Positions 21,401 through 30,699 are shown, numbered from the stretch's first letter. The stretch: DNA of 64,000 nucleotides from Bacteriovoracaceae bacterium (GCA_048270185.1 JBLWTJ010000002.1:32001-96000); one strand, 5' to 3'. Notes: a model not told the origin generated them from the letters alone. Made by a program: numbers and translations.

Positions 21401-23295
21401 GATCCGCTAATATTTCCGCCTGCGTAAGCATATTGAATTGGAGTTTTTAAATACCCAGCAATACCGCCAATTAATGATCTTGCTCCAGTAATATTTCCGA
21501 TATTATAAACATTGCTGATACTTTGGGCCTCTACATAACCAAAGAGTCCCCCAACATTATCAGCAATCCCATTATTAAAATTAATATTCCCTGAGTTATA
21601 TAACTTATCATAAATTACATCAGCTTTTTTTGTATAACCTGCGATACCACCAATATAGGCCTTCGGAGTTGGATTTGTGATATTGATATTTGAATGTGAG
21701 AATGAATTTGTAATGGACTTCCCACCCATGAAGCCAACAAGCCCACCTACATTTGAAGTCATGGCCTCGATTGCACCAACAGAGTATGAGTTATCAATCG
21801 TTGTATTGGCCCCACCGAGGAAACCAACGAGACCTCCAACATAGTAGGCCGTCGCATTGATATCGATATGTGAATGTGATCCTGAAATTGTTGAGTCGAG
21901 ATTAATATTCCCAACAAGTCCCCCAACAAATTTTACAACACTATTATAATAGTCTTCATTAACAACGATACTTCCTCTGACATATGAGTTAGTAATCGAA
22001 CCAGATTGTAATCGTCCGATGAGTCCACCAGTGTAACTACCACCTGAAGTAATATTTGAAACAACGTTTGAATTACTAATTACGTGGCTTCCCTTAGCAA
22101 AACCAATAAGTCCACCGACATTGACATCAACTGCATCTTTTGACGTTCCAACAGATCCAATATGAGAAACATTATCAAAGCTTCCCCCAGTACCCTCTCC
22201 AATAAGGCCACCGACATTAACACCAGTACTTGTGATATTTCCTTTATGGTGAACATTAGAAAAAGTTTGGTTAGGCTCTAGAATTAACCCTGCAAAACCA
22301 CCAACATAGTCATAACCGACAACATTTGAATAGATGTCAGTATTACTAACATTTAGAAGTCCATTGTTCGTATTGATATAACCAATAACTCCACCCGTGA
22401 AACTATTTGAGTTAACATCAACTTGAATTTGAGAATCAGAAATACTAAGCGCGCTTGAGCTATTCCCAAGGCCTATGAGACCACCGGCCATCGTAATAGC
22501 ATTTACTTTCCCTGAAACTCTAATGCTATTAATAGTTCCAGCTCCACGCCAATCTCCAGCAAGCAGTCCAACGCGACTATTTCCTGTCACCTGAGCATTT
22601 TGAATATGTAGCTCGCTAATGCTTGCACCTGAGATATATTTAAATATCCCAACACTATTATCAGCAGCGCGGTTGATAATATAATTCTTTAGCGCATACC
22701 CTCGCCCATTAAGCTCACCAGAGAAGACAGTTGCAATAGGAACAATATTTTGACCTGCAAAATCAATATCTCTTGCTAGTTGAAATTTTGCACTTGGATT
22801 ATGTGCAATATTTAGAAATTGTTGTGAAGTACAAATTTTAAAAGGTGTTGAAGATCCATCGGCACTATCAGAGTTCGCATATAATTTTGTTAGGCTTGTA
22901 GAATTCTCACAGATATTATCCTGCTTAGAAAAAGTTCTAGAAACTAATGAAGAACCTCCACTCATATTCTTATCTTTTAATTGAACATTAACTGTCACAG
23001 TTCCTACGGCTGATTCTAATGCAGAAACTGGTGCGGCCCAGTGGTAATCGCTTTGGCAAATTGAGTAGAGACTTACGGCACCAGTTACTTCAATTGGAAA
23101 ACCAGGCTTTCCACAATGACCAGAAATAACACTGTATCCTGAAATCGAACTTCCATCTGAACTTGGCCTTAGGATCGTAATCTCAAAGGCACCAGGAGTG
23201 ACGGTAATATCCACTTCAGTTTCAAGCGAGTCGTCGCACGACACCACTGTCACTGCTAAAACTAAAAGAATAAAATTTAGAAAAATCTTGTTCAT
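15448..23295 (-). CDS. Giant surface lipoprotein/adhesin with GLUG-like repeats, Ig-like (Big_2), FN3-like and two LamG-like domains
   Basis: Lipobox VVSC; dozens of VGGLVG repeats; ELANDIDF and LDGKGFTV caps; YELAIGT..G.SD FN3-like motifs; duplicated QVIYEEG..TRGMNIYID domains. Confidence 0.85.
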   Translation of the reverse strand: MNKIFLNFILLVLAVTVVSCDDSLETEVDITVTPGAFEITILRPSSDGSSISGYSVISGHCGKPGFPIEVTGAVSLYSICQSDYHWAAPVSALESAVGTVTVNVQLKDKNMSGGSSLVSRTFSKQDNICENSTSLTKLYANSDSADGSSTPFKICTSQQFLNIAHNPSAKFQLARDIDFAGQNIVPIATVFSGELNGRGYALKNYIINRAADNSVGIFKYISGASISELHIQNAQVTGNSRVGLLAGDWRGAGTINSIRVSGKVNAITMAGGLIGLGNSSSALSISDSQIQVDVNSNSFTGGVIGYINTNNGLLNVSNTDIYSNVVGYDYVGGFAGLILEPNQTFSNVHHKGNITSTGVNVGGLIGEGTGGSFDNVSHIGSVGTSKDAVDVNVGGLIGFAKGSHVISNSNVVSNITSGGSYTGGLIGRLQSGSITNSYVRGSIVVNEDYYNSVVKFVGGLVGNINLDSTISGSHSHIDINATAYYVGGLVGFLGGANTTIDNSYSVGAIEAMTSNVGGLVGFMGGKSITNSFSHSNINITNPTPKAYIGGIAGYTKKADVIYDKLYNSGNINFNNGIADNVGGLFGYVEAQSISNVYNIGNITGARSLIGGIAGYLKTPIQYAYAGGNISGSLRYIGGIAGLSFQNNINDVFVKANLEGDGDIGGIAGWYLDNGTSITNAYMVGSINKSTDSTLDESIFGPIFGTSSNPSLINNVYFIDSTSFTDMATALPMERINTHGSQLTTEEMGVDLNYAGFSFSETNDWVIPSAGFKLPGETQDYSFAIFDFMNQENYGFNVVQTFSDDPISEGAPNLFGIGSEKTLSAIAANTEQLGIIISTDPVSNVTVGTYSISYTYPEANGAPIATTKLIHGECGVVGEEISITGSVTLSTICQSNNRWVALIDATELATGTITVNAQLRDDTGTIVSPIITRTLNKSNSSDSCSDSGASGSLYANYSTGGNGDTIPYIICNANHFKNIEVNPSAKFELANDIDFAGSTIYPLNGNFTGVLDGKGFTVKNFVINRPSASNVGIFQTMSGATVQNIDLLNFTINGYMKVGSIVGSASGTNTFDNITVEGNVTGILNTGGMIGVATSSANLSMSNITSTVNVQGNNYTGGVIGIVTSSDGGLNLDGLELNNTVNGLGYVGGLAAQIQEPNTIITNVTSNSNVAAINNYVGGLVGEIAGGSISYVTVSADITSPKDASDGHVAGLVGRAVGNVSFDNCTFSGNISAGSSHVGGILGSGNTATITNTTSSGAITVLDDRYNSVTSYIGGIVGLLNEDSTIHDSSSTMNINAASNFVGGIAGRFHGENSVMYNVFSTGTIDARTSFVGGVAGYFFGQEFRDSYSTSAVNITNPTPKSYVGGLLGYANSWTSQYTRLYSTGDVTISNGTADYVGGLIGYFRGGYLENSYATGNVSGVRNSSGALVGLHRGDTRGCFATGDITASGRNISALIGYQLEGSITDSFSTGNVEADGGAGGIVGYVNSTVLDSISDVYAHGIVTQNTGSSFDPTTMGAILGEELNAGSLSTTQSFYIEENLDASFNTLGSPIAQASASSAGSYTSFDFVSNPGWRVPNTGYNLAGHGTFTAPILSWMGGSIPNSRKISGSIANLTHSGITLNLNGVENIVIPAGATSYQFATELFDTDTYNITIATPTASPTINCSLANTSGVISGADITNVNLTCPTFTSISLSSTQTSLDVSGTTQLSAILSLSDSSTIDITSFASYTATPTGVVSVDSAGGVTAISAGSTSVSAHFNGLTSNGVNFTSTITGGVSNLASASVWINGTPINSPVISWTNPAESFDSIEVGLGAAAGSDSIASFTNVGTGQSHSFTNLTGIVECSIIFPSARVKSLSGTYGSVVTDTLGFRYDNTNPVFSSSISVSGEASQSVATTSSWSSATDNCALRYYELAIGTSPGASDVTTGFKYIGNVTTYQAQNGLNNMNVNLNTGVDYYTSVRAVDYAGNVSTVMTSAAWQITPVEDSLPNMLVWLDSADLLTVKDNLAISADDPSFNGLVSSWEDKSASINIHNAVATASSAPDFISGNIKFNGSTSYLTIPQHTDLNLSTASEKNLTVSIKTENDISSRQVIYEEGDNTRGMNIYIDSGKLYCGFWNINNDGDGAQPFVSVSSPIAVSSTYHVTWSLDYSNYTGAAGADGSVECYINNSSIGAVSTTSRLFSHSGDIALGVQSSSSYYHDGANTSNRANFFKGRILELIIAASTPDATGVNAIHDYLRGKWSGSELSSPNNLALTNNSTSTTSASLSWSPIQSSYFTLDHYEFAIGTTAGGSDILGWTNIGTVTSYQAIDGVAGISLFLSEGIDYYISVKGVDTSNNDSLIATSDVWQVYDIANVGLPATILHYDGQDLASILDPSGYDANDPLFSGVASTLLDISASSTVYDWSIQSGLGANYNLATNALEFAGDTNYRLSTQAGINDVVSTSKNITISFKTGANVNTTQVLYEEGGSTRGMNIYIDQGKLYCAFWNTVDDGDGAQPFIQINTNVSADSVYHVSWLYDYTNYTGPDGANGSLECVVNSNSIGSASTTTRVFPSNGKTGAIGLGGRSGKTNYLTGTTGGGSGDYFIGEINEVIITSETPDVSMIQSVHTYLSSKW

Positions 23296-23548
23296 CGCTT
23301 ACCGTTGTTTCCGTCTATTATTAAAGAATTATTGTTACGGATTAGATTCATACATTAGTCATTTTAGGTGATTACGCATTAACTCTAAAATATTCCTTAA
23401 TCTCTTCGTAATTCTATTTGTTTATGTTGAGTTTTTTCTGAACATCACCAATAAAAAAAATTGAAACCGGCAAAATTTGTTGGCGACAGATATCATGTTT
23501 TTGTAAAAACAGATACTTACAAAGATATTTTAAATAAATTATAATTAA

Positions 23549-24742
23549 TTAACGACGGCGTCTGCGCTTGTGATTTCTAGACTTGGACTTCGCCTTAGGT
23601 GGCGGGTATTCGTGATGAAATGGGTGGTCTTTAACGACCTCTATCTTCTTCCCAATGAGCTTTTGAATATTCCTTAGAAGTGGTAGATCCTTTTCACTAC
23701 ATAGTGAAAGTGCAATCCCTTCTCTTCCCGCTCTGGCCGTGCGACCGATACGGTGGACATAGTAAGTTGCATCTTCTGGCATATTGTAATTGATGACCAT
23801 ATCCACATCATCAATATCAATTCCACGTGAAGCAATATCTGTTGCGACAAGAACTCGCATGTCACCATTGGTGAAATCTTCAATGGCCTTATTGCGCTGG
23901 CCTTGTGTGAGGTTACTATGAATTTCACCAACGCTGATTTCACTGCGCTTAAGCAGCTCAACAATTTCGGCAACAGCGTACTTGGCCTTACAGAAGATAA
24001 TGATTCGTTTAGAGTTTTGGAATTCTGACAAAAGATTTAAAAGAAGGTAGTTCTTTGTTTCGGCCAGAGTAAAGTAGACCGCTTGTTTAACTTGATCCAC
24101 CGTTGAGGACTGAGCTGCCACTTCAACCTTGAGCGGATTTTTTAAAATCTCATGAGCGAGTTTTTCAATGGCCTCTGGCATGGTCGCAGAAAAGAGAATC
24201 GTTTGATGCTTGCGAGAGATATTGTTGGCTATCTCACATACACCATTATAGAAGCCCATATCAAGCATCATATCGGCTTCATCTAGGACAAAGACTTCAA
24301 CTTGACCAAGTTCTATAAAGTCCTCACTCATGAGATCTAAAAAGCGACCAGGTGTTGCCACGACAATATCCACACCTTTATTCATGGAAAGAATCTGAGG
24401 GTCTTTACTCACCCCTCCCATAATAACAATAGAAGTAATTTCGCTACCTTTTGCATATGAGATAATGCTCTCATTAATTTGTGACGCGAGCTCTCTTGTG
24501 GGAGCAAGGATCACAGCGCGACAATGATTAGGTAATACCTCAACCTTGTCCTTATTTCTTAAAAAGCGATCAATTATTGGTAGAGAGAAAGACGCTGTCT
24601 TTCCGGTTCCCGTTTGTGCAATCCCCAGAAGATCACGGCCTTCAATTAATGGCGGAATAGATTTTTCCTGAATTGGAGTTGGTGTCTTATAGTTAAGAGA
24701 TTCTAGATTTTTTAGAATAAGATGGTGGAGATTACTTATCAT
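23549..24742 (-). CDS. DEAD-box RNA helicase (RhlE-like)
   Basis: TPTPIQ, AQTGTGKT, PTRELA, DEAD, SAT, RGID and HRIGRTAR motifs. Confidence 0.97.
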   Translation of the reverse strand: MISNLHHLILKNLESLNYKTPTPIQEKSIPPLIEGRDLLGIAQTGTGKTASFSLPIIDRFLRNKDKVEVLPNHCRAVILAPTRELASQINESIISYAKGSEITSIVIMGGVSKDPQILSMNKGVDIVVATPGRFLDLMSEDFIELGQVEVFVLDEADMMLDMGFYNGVCEIANNISRKHQTILFSATMPEAIEKLAHEILKNPLKVEVAAQSSTVDQVKQAVYFTLAETKNYLLLNLLSEFQNSKRIIIFCKAKYAVAEIVELLKRSEISVGEIHSNLTQGQRNKAIEDFTNGDMRVLVATDIASRGIDIDDVDMVINYNMPEDATYYVHRIGRTARAGREGIALSLCSEKDLPLLRNIQKLIGKKIEVVKDHPFHHEYPPPKAKSKSRNHKRRRRR

Positions 24743-24777
24743 TTTAAAATTTTAACAGAAATACTAGGCGGGGAAAG

Positions 24778-24810
24778 AAAAAAAATAGTGAGACACTTGT
24801 GATGCCTCAC
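24778..24810 (-). terminator. Rho-independent terminator after the cold-shock gene
   Basis: Minus strand GTGAGGCA-TCACAAG-TGTCTCAC followed by TATTTTTTTT. Confidence 0.75.
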
Positions 24811-24820
24811 ATATTACGAA

Positions 24821-25015
24821 TTAAAGTGGTCTAACTTGAATAGCGCAAGGACCTTTGTTTCCTTCACCAATCTCGTATGAAACTTTTTCATCATTTGAAA
24901 GTGTTCCGTTTTCAACAGCTGAGATATGTACGAATAGATCGCTATTTCCATCATCAGGTGTAATAAATCCAAAACCTTTTTCATCATTAAAAAACTTAAC
25001 TGTACCAGTTGCCAT
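24821..25015 (-). CDS. csp: Cold-shock protein (CspA family)
   Basis: [15 protein letters not shown] and [16 protein letters not shown]. Confidence 0.97.
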   Translation of the reverse strand: MATGTVKFFNDEKGFGFITPDDGNSDLFVHISAVENGTLSNDEKVSYEIGEGNKGPCAIQVRPL

Positions 25016-25026
25016 AATTTCTCCTT

Positions 25027-25719
25027 CTAGACATCTTTCGATGTATATATTTTCAAATCACTGGAATGCAGGTTCATACTACATTGCCAAATGTGATTAA
25101 AGTTATGTTTCATAAGATGATCAACGCGATCACCTCGCATGATTAAATAAAACTTTTTATTTAATACTTTTCTACTAAGTTGTTCTAGTATCAAGAAGAG
25201 ATCTTCTCTTTCACTGAAGTCATAGATGAAATATACATCTGCTTCAGGAAGTTGAAAGTCACTTTCTAGAACATTCCTAAGTTCTATCTCAGAGTTATGT
25301 AAACCTAACTTAGAAAAAACTCGATTTCCTTCTACTTGTCTGGGCCTTACTATCTCATAGCCAGTAAACTTAGCTTCTGGTCGCAAGACACTTAATACAA
25401 GGCCAACGCGTCCATACCCTGCTCCAATATCGACAACGTGATCAATTTGAGCATCGTCGAGCTTTTTGAGAGCGTCATATATATCACAATAAGGAGTCTG
25501 TAGGGCCTGAGGGTGCAAGCCTATCCACGTTTGTGTTCCCTTATAGTGTTGCTTCCTATTTGAAGCATCATCATCTCGATCGTAAGCACGATATTTTTGA
25601 AGTAGCTTTACTTCAATTTTCGAGATTTTATATCCTAATAGTTTATCCACTGCTTTCGCATGTAATCGTGGATGTCTTTTCTCCATATTAGAGAAAGTAT
25701 GATTAGAGATTACTTCCAA
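25027..25719 (-). CDS. Class I SAM-dependent methyltransferase (DOT1-like), paralog of 6676-7749
   Basis: [17 protein letters not shown] and [15 protein letters not shown] start after GAGG. Confidence 0.8.
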   Translation of the reverse strand: MEVISNHTFSNMEKRHPRLHAKAVDKLLGYKISKIEVKLLQKYRAYDRDDDASNRKQHYKGTQTWIGLHPQALQTPYCDIYDALKKLDDAQIDHVVDIGAGYGRVGLVLSVLRPEAKFTGYEIVRPRQVEGNRVFSKLGLHNSEIELRNVLESDFQLPEADVYFIYDFSEREDLFLILEQLSRKVLNKKFYLIMRGDRVDHLMKHNFNHIWQCSMNLHSSDLKIYTSKDV

Positions 25720-26035
25720 AACTTTCTTCCTCTTATGGTGAAAATGAATTTTTGAACTAAATTTTACGATTGGTTTGACGACTTGACTTGGTAAAGAAAA
25801 ATGAAAAAACGAAAAGAAAAATCTTACTCTCGGTGCAACATATCACTTTAACAGAAAAATAGATACAATATTTATTCCTTTTTCTGAATAACCCCTATCT
25901 AACTGAAATTATGAGAGTCTGATTGTATAAATTATTCAATTTTCAAAAGAAAATTCGCGCTATTTATCTTTTCATAAAATTTAACTTGTTAAATTTGTTC
26001 TGAAAATCTAATTTCATCAAAAAATTGGAGCCTAT

Positions 26036-26836
26036 ATGAATGGATTGAGAATACTAGTTTATGCCCTATTACTTCTTTCTACTGCTAATACTTTGGCCAA
26101 TCAAGATGATCTTGTTGGAAGGTATGCCCATTACGATGTGGTTTCATATGAAGGCAAGCTCTTTGGCCCTATCAAATTAAAGAATAGAATCATAAGCTTT
26201 GGTATCACTGAGTTCTACTACGAAGGAGACAAGCTCTTTACGAAGGACCGTTTCTGCTTCTCAGAATATAAAGCAAATATCCCATTCCAGGCCAAAACAT
26301 CTGATGAATTTACGAGAGCTATTGAACCTGAAGTTGTTGAAATGGAAATTATGACAACAAATGGAGAGCTTCTTATTCACCGTCCAGAGACACCGACTCT
26401 TCTTGGGGTGGAGCTAGGCTCTTACACAGACGACTTTCCAACTGACCCAAATGATCCTCGCTTCATTGATGCCGATGAAGATGGAAGGCCAGGTGTTACT
26501 GTTAATCTAACCTTTGGGCCTTTTCTTAATGAAGAACTCTATATCGCGCGCAAGGAAATCTTCTCTTACGATTTAAAAAGAAGAAGTAATGGCATCCTTG
26601 CAGGATTCGTCCGCGACCGTTCTCAGCAATATATCATCTCAGCATCAAAGAAAGATCTTGTAACCGAGAGTAATCCAATTCAGAATCCTGATCTTGAGAA
26701 GAGTCCAATCTATCTCATTCCTCTAAAAGATGGTGATTATAATATCGATTGTGATGAACTTAAGGCAAAACGCAGAGAATACTTCCCAAGAAAAGATCGT
26801 GCCCACAAGAGTTTTTACCGCCGCTACGGTAAGTAA
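26036..26836 (+). CDS. Secreted hypothetical protein with a DxDxDG Ca-binding-like loop
   Basis: Signal peptide (TLA|N), DADEDGRPGVT, GGAG SD. Confidence 0.75.
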   Translation: MNGLRILVYALLLLSTANTLANQDDLVGRYAHYDVVSYEGKLFGPIKLKNRIISFGITEFYYEGDKLFTKDRFCFSEYKANIPFQAKTSDEFTRAIEPEVVEMEIMTTNGELLIHRPETPTLLGVELGSYTDDFPTDPNDPRFIDADEDGRPGVTVNLTFGPFLNEELYIARKEIFSYDLKRRSNGILAGFVRDRSQQYIISASKKDLVTESNPIQNPDLEKSPIYLIPLKDGDYNIDCDELKAKRREYFPRKDRAHKSFYRRYGK

Positions 26837-26843
26837 GAGAGAA

Positions 26844-26872
26844 AGTGGAATAATGATTTCAATTATTCCACT
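26844..26872. terminator. Hairpin between convergent genes (probably bidirectional terminator)
   Basis: AGTGGAATAAT / ATTATTCCACT 11-bp inverted repeat. Confidence 0.65.
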
Positions 26873-26891
26873 ATAAAATTTTAATTACTAT

Positions 26892-27119
26892 CTAGTGATC
26901 GTGATTATCTGACTCTTCACCGTGACCTTCACATTCACATTGTGTTTCAGGTTTCCCACATTCGTTACACATTTCAACTTTCTTACGACGTTTCTTTTTT
27001 ACTTTAGATTGTTTATCTTCTTTTTTTCCGATGATTTCATTTAAATCACTGTTAGCAAATGAACTCGATGAAAAGAAAAGAGAACTAAACGTTAGTCCTA
27101 TAATTAAAGTTAATTTCAT
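26892..27119 (-). CDS. Small exported Cys/His-rich putative metal-binding protein
   Basis: Signal peptide, basic tract and CNECGKPETQCECEGH...HDH; start overlaps the czcA stop. Confidence 0.75.
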   Translation of the reverse strand: MKLTLIIGLTFSSLFFSSSSFANSDLNEIIGKKEDKQSKVKKKRRKKVEMCNECGKPETQCECEGHGEESDNHDH

Positions 27120-30100
27120 ACTTCCTCCGTATTATCAGTATTAAATTTAAGAATCCATTTCTCTAAACTAGAGTAGAAAACTGGTATTACAATTAGGGTT
27201 AAAAATGTAGATGAAATAATACCACCGATAATAACGGTAGCTAGCGGTTTTTGAACTTCAGCTCCAAGGCCTGTGGCAATTGCCATTGGTAAGAATCCGA
27301 GGATATCAGTCAATGCAGTCATCATCACCGGTCTTAGTCGTAGTAAAGAGCCTTTCTTAATAACCTCTTCACCAGTTTCTCCCTTTGCTCTTAGACGATT
27401 GAAGTTATTAACAAGAACGACACCATTTAACACTGCAATTCCTGATAGAGCGATGAAACCGACTCCGGCGGATACACTAAATGGTATACCTTTCACAATC
27501 AGAGCGACAACTCCTCCAACGAGAGCAAAAGGTACACATAAGAAGATAAGCACAGTTTCAAATATATTTCTAAAAGCAGCATAGATCATTACAAGAACGA
27601 AGATCAGTGCCAGTGGCCCTAAGATTGCTAATCTCTTCTTGGCCTCATTTAAATTTTTAAAATTCCCGCCCCATTCCATGTAGTAACCAGGAGGTAACTT
27701 AATTTTCTCTTCGACGGCCTTTTGTGCGTCTTGAATAAATGACTCAGTATCACGTCCCCTTGGGTTGATTAAGACCGCGATTCTCCTCTTAGTTTCTTCA
27801 CGACTAAATGATGAGTAATTATCGACAAAGTGAATATTGGCGACTTGATTTAAAGGGATAGTAGAGCCACCTGTAAGCCCTACTGGAAGCTTTTCTATTT
27901 CACTTATATCATTTCGCTTTTGACCACCAAGTCTGACTATGATTGGAAATCGCTTCATTCCTTCATAGAAAATACCAACCTGATCTCCACCAATTGCTAT
28001 TCCTACGGTTTCGAGAACCTCTGAAGCAGAAATACCAAGCTTCTTTAAGACTTTATACTTTGGCTTAATCTCTAAGACCGTCATCTTTCCTTTGGCCTCT
28101 AGTTCAACATCTCCTGCACCTTCGATGCCTTGAATGACGGCAACAATCTTCTGCGCTTCCTCAGTAAGAACATCTTGATTCTCTCCGAATACCTTTAGTG
28201 AAACATCGGAGCGTGTCCCTTCCATTAGTTCATTAAAACGAAGTTGAATTGGTTGGCTGACAAGTATTCTCTGGCCAGGAGTTGTGGCCTCTAGTTCTTG
28301 AACAATTTCTGCCACAATTTCATCTTTGGTTCTGAGTTTACCATTAACTAGAGGCCTATCCTTCTCAGGCTTTAGCATGATATAGCTATCTGATATATTA
28401 GGGCCCATTGGATCCATTGAAATCTCAGCCGTACCGATGCGACTGAAGATATGACTAACTTCAGGTATTGATTTAATGATATTTTGTGATTTCTCTTCAA
28501 GAGCGACAGAGTGATTAATCCCTACACTTACAGGCCTAATCATTTGCACTGCAATTGAGCCTTCATTTAATGTCGGAAGAAACTCCCCCCCAAGTCTTGT
28601 AAAGAGTATTCCTCCTAGAACAATCGATAAGATCGCTCCTGCAAAGACAAGTCGCTTTGCCTTGAGAGAGAAATTTAAAGCTGGTGCATAAATCCTCTCA
28701 AGCCAGCGCATTAAAAGAGGTTCACTGTCTTTCACATTTCCCTGTAAGAGTAATGATCCAAGAGCAGGAACAAATGTGAAGGAAAGTGCGACGGCCGCAA
28801 GAATCGCAAAGATAAAAGTAGCTGCCATTGGAATGAACATCTTCCCCTCTATTCCGACGAAGGCAAAGACTGGAAGAAAGACCACAACGATAATCAATTC
28901 ACCAAATCCTGCCGACTTTCTAATCTCCATCGTAGCATCGTGTATCGTATCTTTTATCTCACGTGAAGTTAGTTTACGGCCAAGTGATTTTGCATTCTGC
29001 TGAATATGGCGTACACAATTATCGAGAACAATTACCGCGCCATCAATGATAATCCCAAAGTCGAGAGCACCTAGACTAACTAGATTTCCAGATATTCCAT
29101 ACTTTCTCATAAGAATAAATGTTATGAGTAATGAGATAGGAATAACGATGGCCGTAATGAGTGCAGCTCTTAGGTTTCCAACGAGTAGGAAGAGAATAAT
29201 GATAACCAGTGATGCCCCCGTAATGAGGTTATGCTTTACCGTATCAAGAGTTGCATTAACGAGGTCTGAACGATTATAAAGAGTTTCGATTTTATAACCT
29301 TTTGGAAGCCCTTTCTTAATTTTTTCGACTTGTTCTGCAACCCTTAGACTTACTTCCCTTGAGTTCTCTCCAAGTAGCATAAGGACTGTTCCTAGAACAA
29401 CCTCATTACCATTATGAAGAGCTGCTCCTGTGCGAAGCTCTTTACCATGTCCAACTTTTGCAATATCTGAAATTGTGACGACCTGTAAATTCCCAAGAAT
29501 TTTAACAGGAACATCTCGAATATCTTCGAGGCTTTCAAAGAGCCCAGTCGCTTGAACGATAAATTGATCTGCAGTTTGCTCAATATAGCCACCACCAGCA
29601 TTTTGATTGACCTTAGTAATGGCCTGTTCAATATCTGCAAAGTGTAAACCGTAGCGGGCCATCAATTCGGGATCTGGCTCAATATGATATTGCTTCTCAT
29701 AACCACCAATAGTATTAACTTCGGCTACACCTTTAATTGTTAAAAGCCTCTGTTTCACATACCAGTCTTGGATTGCGCGAATTTGCGTTAACTGCTCAAG
29801 TCTCTTTTCACCCGTTGCAACTTCTTCGGCCTCAATAACATAATGAAAAATCTCACCTAAGCCAGTACTAACAGGGCCAAGAGTTGGTTCAACAAAATTT
29901 GGTAATTGATTTGATATTGACTGAAGTCGCTCTGAAACAAGTTGTCGTGCTTGATAGATATCTGTCTTCTCTTCAAATACAACAGTAACTTGAGAGAGTC
30001 CATATCGTGTGATCGAACGAACCTGAGTAACTCCAGGAACACCATTCATTGCCGATTCGACAGGATATGTGACCGTTCGTTCAATTTCATCAGGGCCTCG

Positions 30101-30265
30101 GCCATCGACTTGTGTATTAACTTGAACTTGAATATTGGTAATATCAGGAACGGCATCAATTGGAAGGTGTTTAAAGCTCTCCCAACCAGCGTATGCTATA
30201 AGTGCCGTTAGCAATATTACGATCCATCTATTATCAATGGAAAATCTAACTAATTTTGAAATCAT
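27116..30265 (-). CDS. czcA: CusA/CzcA-family heavy-metal RND transporter
   Basis: LPIDAVPDITNIQVQ, SLGALDFGIIIDGA, GIEGKMF and GIAVLNG motifs. Confidence 0.95.
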   Translation of the reverse strand: MISKLVRFSIDNRWIVILLTALIAYAGWESFKHLPIDAVPDITNIQVQVNTQVDGRGPDEIERTVTYPVESAMNGVPGVTQVRSITRYGLSQVTVVFEEKTDIYQARQLVSERLQSISNQLPNFVEPTLGPVSTGLGEIFHYVIEAEEVATGEKRLEQLTQIRAIQDWYVKQRLLTIKGVAEVNTIGGYEKQYHIEPDPELMARYGLHFADIEQAITKVNQNAGGGYIEQTADQFIVQATGLFESLEDIRDVPVKILGNLQVVTISDIAKVGHGKELRTGAALHNGNEVVLGTVLMLLGENSREVSLRVAEQVEKIKKGLPKGYKIETLYNRSDLVNATLDTVKHNLITGASLVIIILFLLVGNLRAALITAIVIPISLLITFILMRKYGISGNLVSLGALDFGIIIDGAVIVLDNCVRHIQQNAKSLGRKLTSREIKDTIHDATMEIRKSAGFGELIIVVVFLPVFAFVGIEGKMFIPMAATFIFAILAAVALSFTFVPALGSLLLQGNVKDSEPLLMRWLERIYAPALNFSLKAKRLVFAGAILSIVLGGILFTRLGGEFLPTLNEGSIAVQMIRPVSVGINHSVALEEKSQNIIKSIPEVSHIFSRIGTAEISMDPMGPNISDSYIMLKPEKDRPLVNGKLRTKDEIVAEIVQELEATTPGQRILVSQPIQLRFNELMEGTRSDVSLKVFGENQDVLTEEAQKIVAVIQGIEGAGDVELEAKGKMTVLEIKPKYKVLKKLGISASEVLETVGIAIGGDQVGIFYEGMKRFPIIVRLGGQKRNDISEIEKLPVGLTGGSTIPLNQVANIHFVDNYSSFSREETKRRIAVLINPRGRDTESFIQDAQKAVEEKIKLPPGYYMEWGGNFKNLNEAKKRLAILGPLALIFVLVMIYAAFRNIFETVLIFLCVPFALVGGVVALIVKGIPFSVSAGVGFIALSGIAVLNGVVLVNNFNRLRAKGETGEEVIKKGSLLRLRPVMMTALTDILGFLPMAIATGLGAEVQKPLATVIIGGIISSTFLTLIVIPVFYSSLEKWILKFNTDNTEEV

Positions 30266-30285
30266 CGTTGCCTCTTCTTAATCAA

Positions 30286-30699
30286 TTAATGAGCACAAGA
30301 GTCAACTGTATCAGAGTTTAGATCTGCATCAGTCATTCTTAGAAAAGTGACACCAGTAATTGCAACTTCATCACCACTTTCAAGGTCTATCGATTTGATC
30401 GTGACAGTATCCTTAGTCTGACTTAGAACAGTAACTAAAACCATCGTGATCCAATTATCCCACTTTCGATAAACACCTGTTGAGTGCTTGATTCTAATAA
30501 GAGAAGACTTAGGAATTGTCCAAGGGCCACTTCCTTTGATCAAGCTAAAGGAAACACCTAAATTCTTTATGGCCTTATCTGATAACTTAAAGCCATCCTC
30601 TTCATTAAATGCTGTAACAGCTCCACCTTTCTTTATTTCAAAATTTGCACCTGAAGCAAGTACTGTTGCTCCGATTAAAAATGCTATTATATATTTCAT
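30286..30699 (-). CDS. Minimal CzcB-like periplasmic protein
   Basis: Sits between czcC and czcA; WTIPKSSL and LESGDEVAITG resemble the C-terminal part of membrane fusion proteins; only 137 aa. Confidence 0.55.
   Translation of the reverse strand: MKYIIAFLIGATVLASGANFEIKKGGAVTAFNEEDGFKLSDKAIKNLGVSFSLIKGSGPWTIPKSSLIRIKHSTGVYRKWDNWITMVLVTVLSQTKDTVTIKSIDLESGDEVAITGVTFLRMTDADLNSDTVDSCAH

Noticed and set aside
18700..22600. Nucleotide-level tandem repeats or diversity-generating template in the giant gene
   Set aside because: The CCACC/CCAAC recurrences reflect VGG codons of protein repeats; no near-identical DNA repeat pair or reverse transcriptase was seen.
24788..24810. Fourth copy of the GAGAC operator motif
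   Set aside because: GTGAGAC here is one arm of the csp terminator and lacks the N10 plus -10 arrangement.
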